DNA of 64,000 nucleotides from Blepharisma stoltei ATCC 30299. Lineage: Eukaryota > Protista > Ciliophora. The position numbers and the translations under genes were made by a program. Below, in pieces: positions 61,032 through 64,000 of this stretch. The notes under the pieces are model-generated. The model had not been told where the DNA came from. It worked only from the letters and a program-made list of their open reading frames with translations, and searched no databases. The stretch is taken from positions 434,001 through 498,000 of the forward strand of contig CBFDEM010000039.1 of assembly GCA_965603825.1 (NCBI GenBank). Reading direction: 5' to 3'. Numbering within the stretch: position 1 is the stretch's first letter; the number at the start of each line of letters is the position of its first letter.

Positions 61032-61063
61032 CTAAATCGTAAATTAATGTGTATTTAGTTTTG

Positions 61064-64000
61064 CTATATTATTTTATTTTCCCTTAGCCAATTTTCTATA
61101 AACTTTTTGTCTTTGCTGATCAGATTATCATGATCAATAGTCACAACTCTGCAGCGTTTTTCTAAATGTGCTTTATGTCTCAAAAATGTACCTCTGAAGT
61201 CTTGTCCATTAAATAGCAATATTTCTCTAGTTACAGGCCAAATAGTAGTTTTCAATGCTGGGATGTGATATGGGCTCCAAACTTTTTCGACCTCTATATT
61301 TTTTTTTGCAATTATTTTAAAATCTCATTGAAGAATTTGGTCTAAATTACTTATTCCCTTCGGAAAAATCCCAAAATCCTTAATTGGGTCAATAAAAGTA
61401 TTTAATTCTCGCAATGGGTTATTAAGCTTCATTCTTATAGAAAACCGGTTTTCATCAAAATAGTTGCATAGGTTCAGCAGATAGAGATTAAAATCAGCCT
61501 TGCCAGGCAAGGAATTGAAGTCTTCAATTGCTTTTTCAATGATTTCTGGTGGGGCGTTAAAGCTTATTAGACCCCATATTCATTGAATATAAGTGTTTTT
61601 AGATGGAAATTGATAATTCAGGTTATAAACTTCTTGGGAAAGGGTTGAAATTAAGGTTTTGGCCCACTCGTTGTGCTGAAGGCCTAGCTCGCCAATTCCT
61701 CTTGCTAGCATTGGTGCATCATCTAAATATGTTTTAGGATTTCTCATAACTTTTTTTGATATAGATTTAAACAGCCTTTCGTCGCTTATTCCTTTTCTTG
61801 TAAAAGCTTTAGCTATAGACCGCAGTTCATCGTAATGCAAAGTGCTTCCAAAACTATCTAATATAACGTGAAATGGCTCATTTTCTGCAATCATTGCAAT
61901 TTCTGATAATGTTTCTAAGGCTTCTACTTTTTCTTTAATGCCGAGTGGCGCGCTGAGATTTGCCAGTTTGTTTGTGCAAGCTAATAAAAATTCGTTAGCA
62001 AGCTTTTCATGAGGGCCTTTATAGTTTGCTGGGAAAATTTTGATAATTTCTAGCAGTGTTTCATATTCATAATCTTTTAAATTAGTAACAACCTCTTTTA
62101 CTTCAAAAATAAAATCTTCTTCATCCTCTGCTCCCTTTCTCATCCAATATAAATACTCAATTACTTTATTCGACACATATTTAAAAGAGTGTTTTGTATC
62201 AATAGTAAAAACCCTTTGTAAAATATGATTATAAAGTTCCCTAGGTATCTCATCAAGGCTTGCTGCAATACGTATTAAAGCAGAAACGTCATTAGCGTCC
62301 TTATGAATTTCAAGCAATTTTAAGGCTAAGGATGGGTCAAGAATTTTCAATTTTGCCATCATACTGCCTAAAAATAGCCCTTTGTGTTCTTTCATAAAAG
62401 AGTCATCAGCAATATTAAATAAAGCTGCTAAAAATTCCTTCATTTGTGGTAGTAAACCTTTCCTATATATTGTGTTAAAAAAATCAAAATAGCTCATATC
62501 GAAAGCTTCATGGTCAATTATTCGATGAACATCTTGCGGATTAAGTTTGCTTATCAATTTTTTAACATCTTCTATATCAGAATTCGCATTCACAAATTTC
62601 ATACATTGAGCTTGGCTAATACCAAATGGGCTATTATCTAAAACACTGAACATCTCATTTATCGCTTTTAAAGAAATTTCTCCTTTTGTTCTATCAAATA
62701 CTGTGTCTACGCTGGATTTTGTTATTCTTTTTGTTCTGATAATTTTTCCGAAAAAGTTTTCATTCCCCTTAGAGATCAGTACCAAATGATAAAGCCCGTA
62801 CCAAGGGTTCTCCTCGTCCCAATAGTCACTTATTACTTGCATAGCATGTCTAATGGCTGGGGTTAGTTTTTTTATGATGACTGCTTCTACGTTCTTGTTA
62901 GTAAAAGCTTTGATAAATTTCACAGCGTTTTCCTTACTATCAATATATTGAATAAATATTTCATTGATAAATTTAACTAATTCTTGCAGAGATTCTGCTT
63001 CAGAAGAAAGGGGAAATTCTCTCATAACGCTAACAAGATCAATATTCTCTGCAAATGAAGCTCCTTGAATATGATCTTTAAGCCTGTCAAACTTATTGTG
63101 TATATATAAATTGATATCAAATTCTGGGTCCAGCTCTGAAAGACCAAGCATCATTTTCATAAAATCTATTGTATTAGGCATCGATTTCAATGTTTTTCTA
63201 AACATATCTAAAAAAGAGTCTGGAACCGTATTTGTCATCTTGCTTAGATTTTTGCAAAGATATGCAATTTTAATAGGACCCTGCGTACTATAATCATTTT
63301 CAAGTATTTTATCAATTAATAGCTGTGGTACGCCTTTTCCTGTATTAGCACAAAACTTCTCTAGGGCAAACATAATATCTGAGAACTCTTTATGAAAAAA
63401 ATGAGGGTATTTAGCAGGCATCTGCTCTAAAGCATCCATACATATCCCAAACAGTGGAGTGTTACATTTTTTACTTCTAGAAAAAAATTCCAATAATTTT
63501 ATGAGCTTTTTTTTTCTGACTTCTTTTGGATTTCTTATCAAGTAATTTTGCATTTTTTCTATTGTTTTTCATGCCGCACCTTCTGGGTAAACTGCATTTA
63601 TATCTAATAAAACTGAAAATAAATCAACCACTTTATGCGCCCCTATTTCAGAATACTCTTGCTGCTGTATTTTATCAAAAAGTATATCAGCAATTTCATT
63701 AAAGTAACAGTGCCTACACATTGCTAGACCAATTATGAATTGACTAATATCACTTCATTGAAGCCCGTTATCTTCTTCTTTCAATAAATCTAAAGCCACT
63801 TTATCTAGCACTTTGCTGCTTCTTCCCAAAATACTTCAATCAAAAAATGCACTCGCAATCCAAGTCTCATCCAATCTTCCAGAGCTAGCAAATTCGGCAA
63901 CCCTATCAAAAATTCTGCTTTCATGGTTGCCAAGCTCTCCCGAATTGGTCGCTCTAAGAAAATAGCCAATATCACTAACTTCATTAGAACTTAATTTTTC
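61064..64000 (-). CDS. Large helical-repeat protein with RAP-like C-terminus (putative organellar RNA-binding), 5' partial
   Basis: One frame through 5 TGAs (about 63836, 63755, 63569, 61580, 61325); all-helical composition; C-terminus weakly RAP-like. Confidence 0.6.

Noticed and set aside
592-63293. Many antisense or alternative-frame ORFs in the track (e.g. 592..1050, 2110..2472, 16204..16731, 22612..23304, 26755..27366, 53504..53941)
   Set aside because: Shadows of real genes, F/S/L/I-rich with no motifs
7382-63840. UGA as selenocysteine or cysteine
   Set aside because: The positions correspond to conserved Trp in non-selenoprotein families; no SECIS recognised
8061-64000. Fragmented ORFs interpreted as pseudogenes or operons of small genes
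   Set aside because: The breaks are in-frame TGA at Trp positions or stops inside 15-16-nt introns; full-length proteins are restored

Overview
Gene-dense, AT-rich eukaryotic nuclear DNA, most likely the macronuclear genome of a heterotrich ciliate of the Blepharisma type. Two sequence features support this. (1) TGA is read as Trp: I count about 55 in-frame TGAs, many at conserved Trp positions, and every complete gene ends in TAA or TAG. (2) The spliceosomal introns are only 15-16 nt (16 located). The supplied standard-code ORF track therefore fragments many genes and misses others (ENY2, an ARF-like GTPase, most of a BI-1-like gene). Re-reading gives about 35 protein genes: SRP54, DPM3, kinesin-13, a WD40+TRP-like channel, a DZIP1-like gene, a D/D-domain double phosphagen-kinase-like protein, a TraB-like protein, a NEK kinase with an internally deleted tandem paralog fused to Phe-motif repeats, SET/LSMT, PTEN, a GAS2-domain protein, SAPS, acid lipase, a CNBD K+ channel, ENY2, XMAP215, WH2-BTB, CDPK, ARL, a TRA2-like RRM, Rab21, CSN6 and others. 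No rRNA, tRNA, CRISPR or transposon was recognised. The most novel candidates are the NEK-derived repeat protein, the double pseudo-phosphagen kinase, an intergenic ~68-nt hairpin, and an inverted RS/RD-like fragment next to the short TRA2-like gene. All family assignments are by-eye motif recognition, not database searches.
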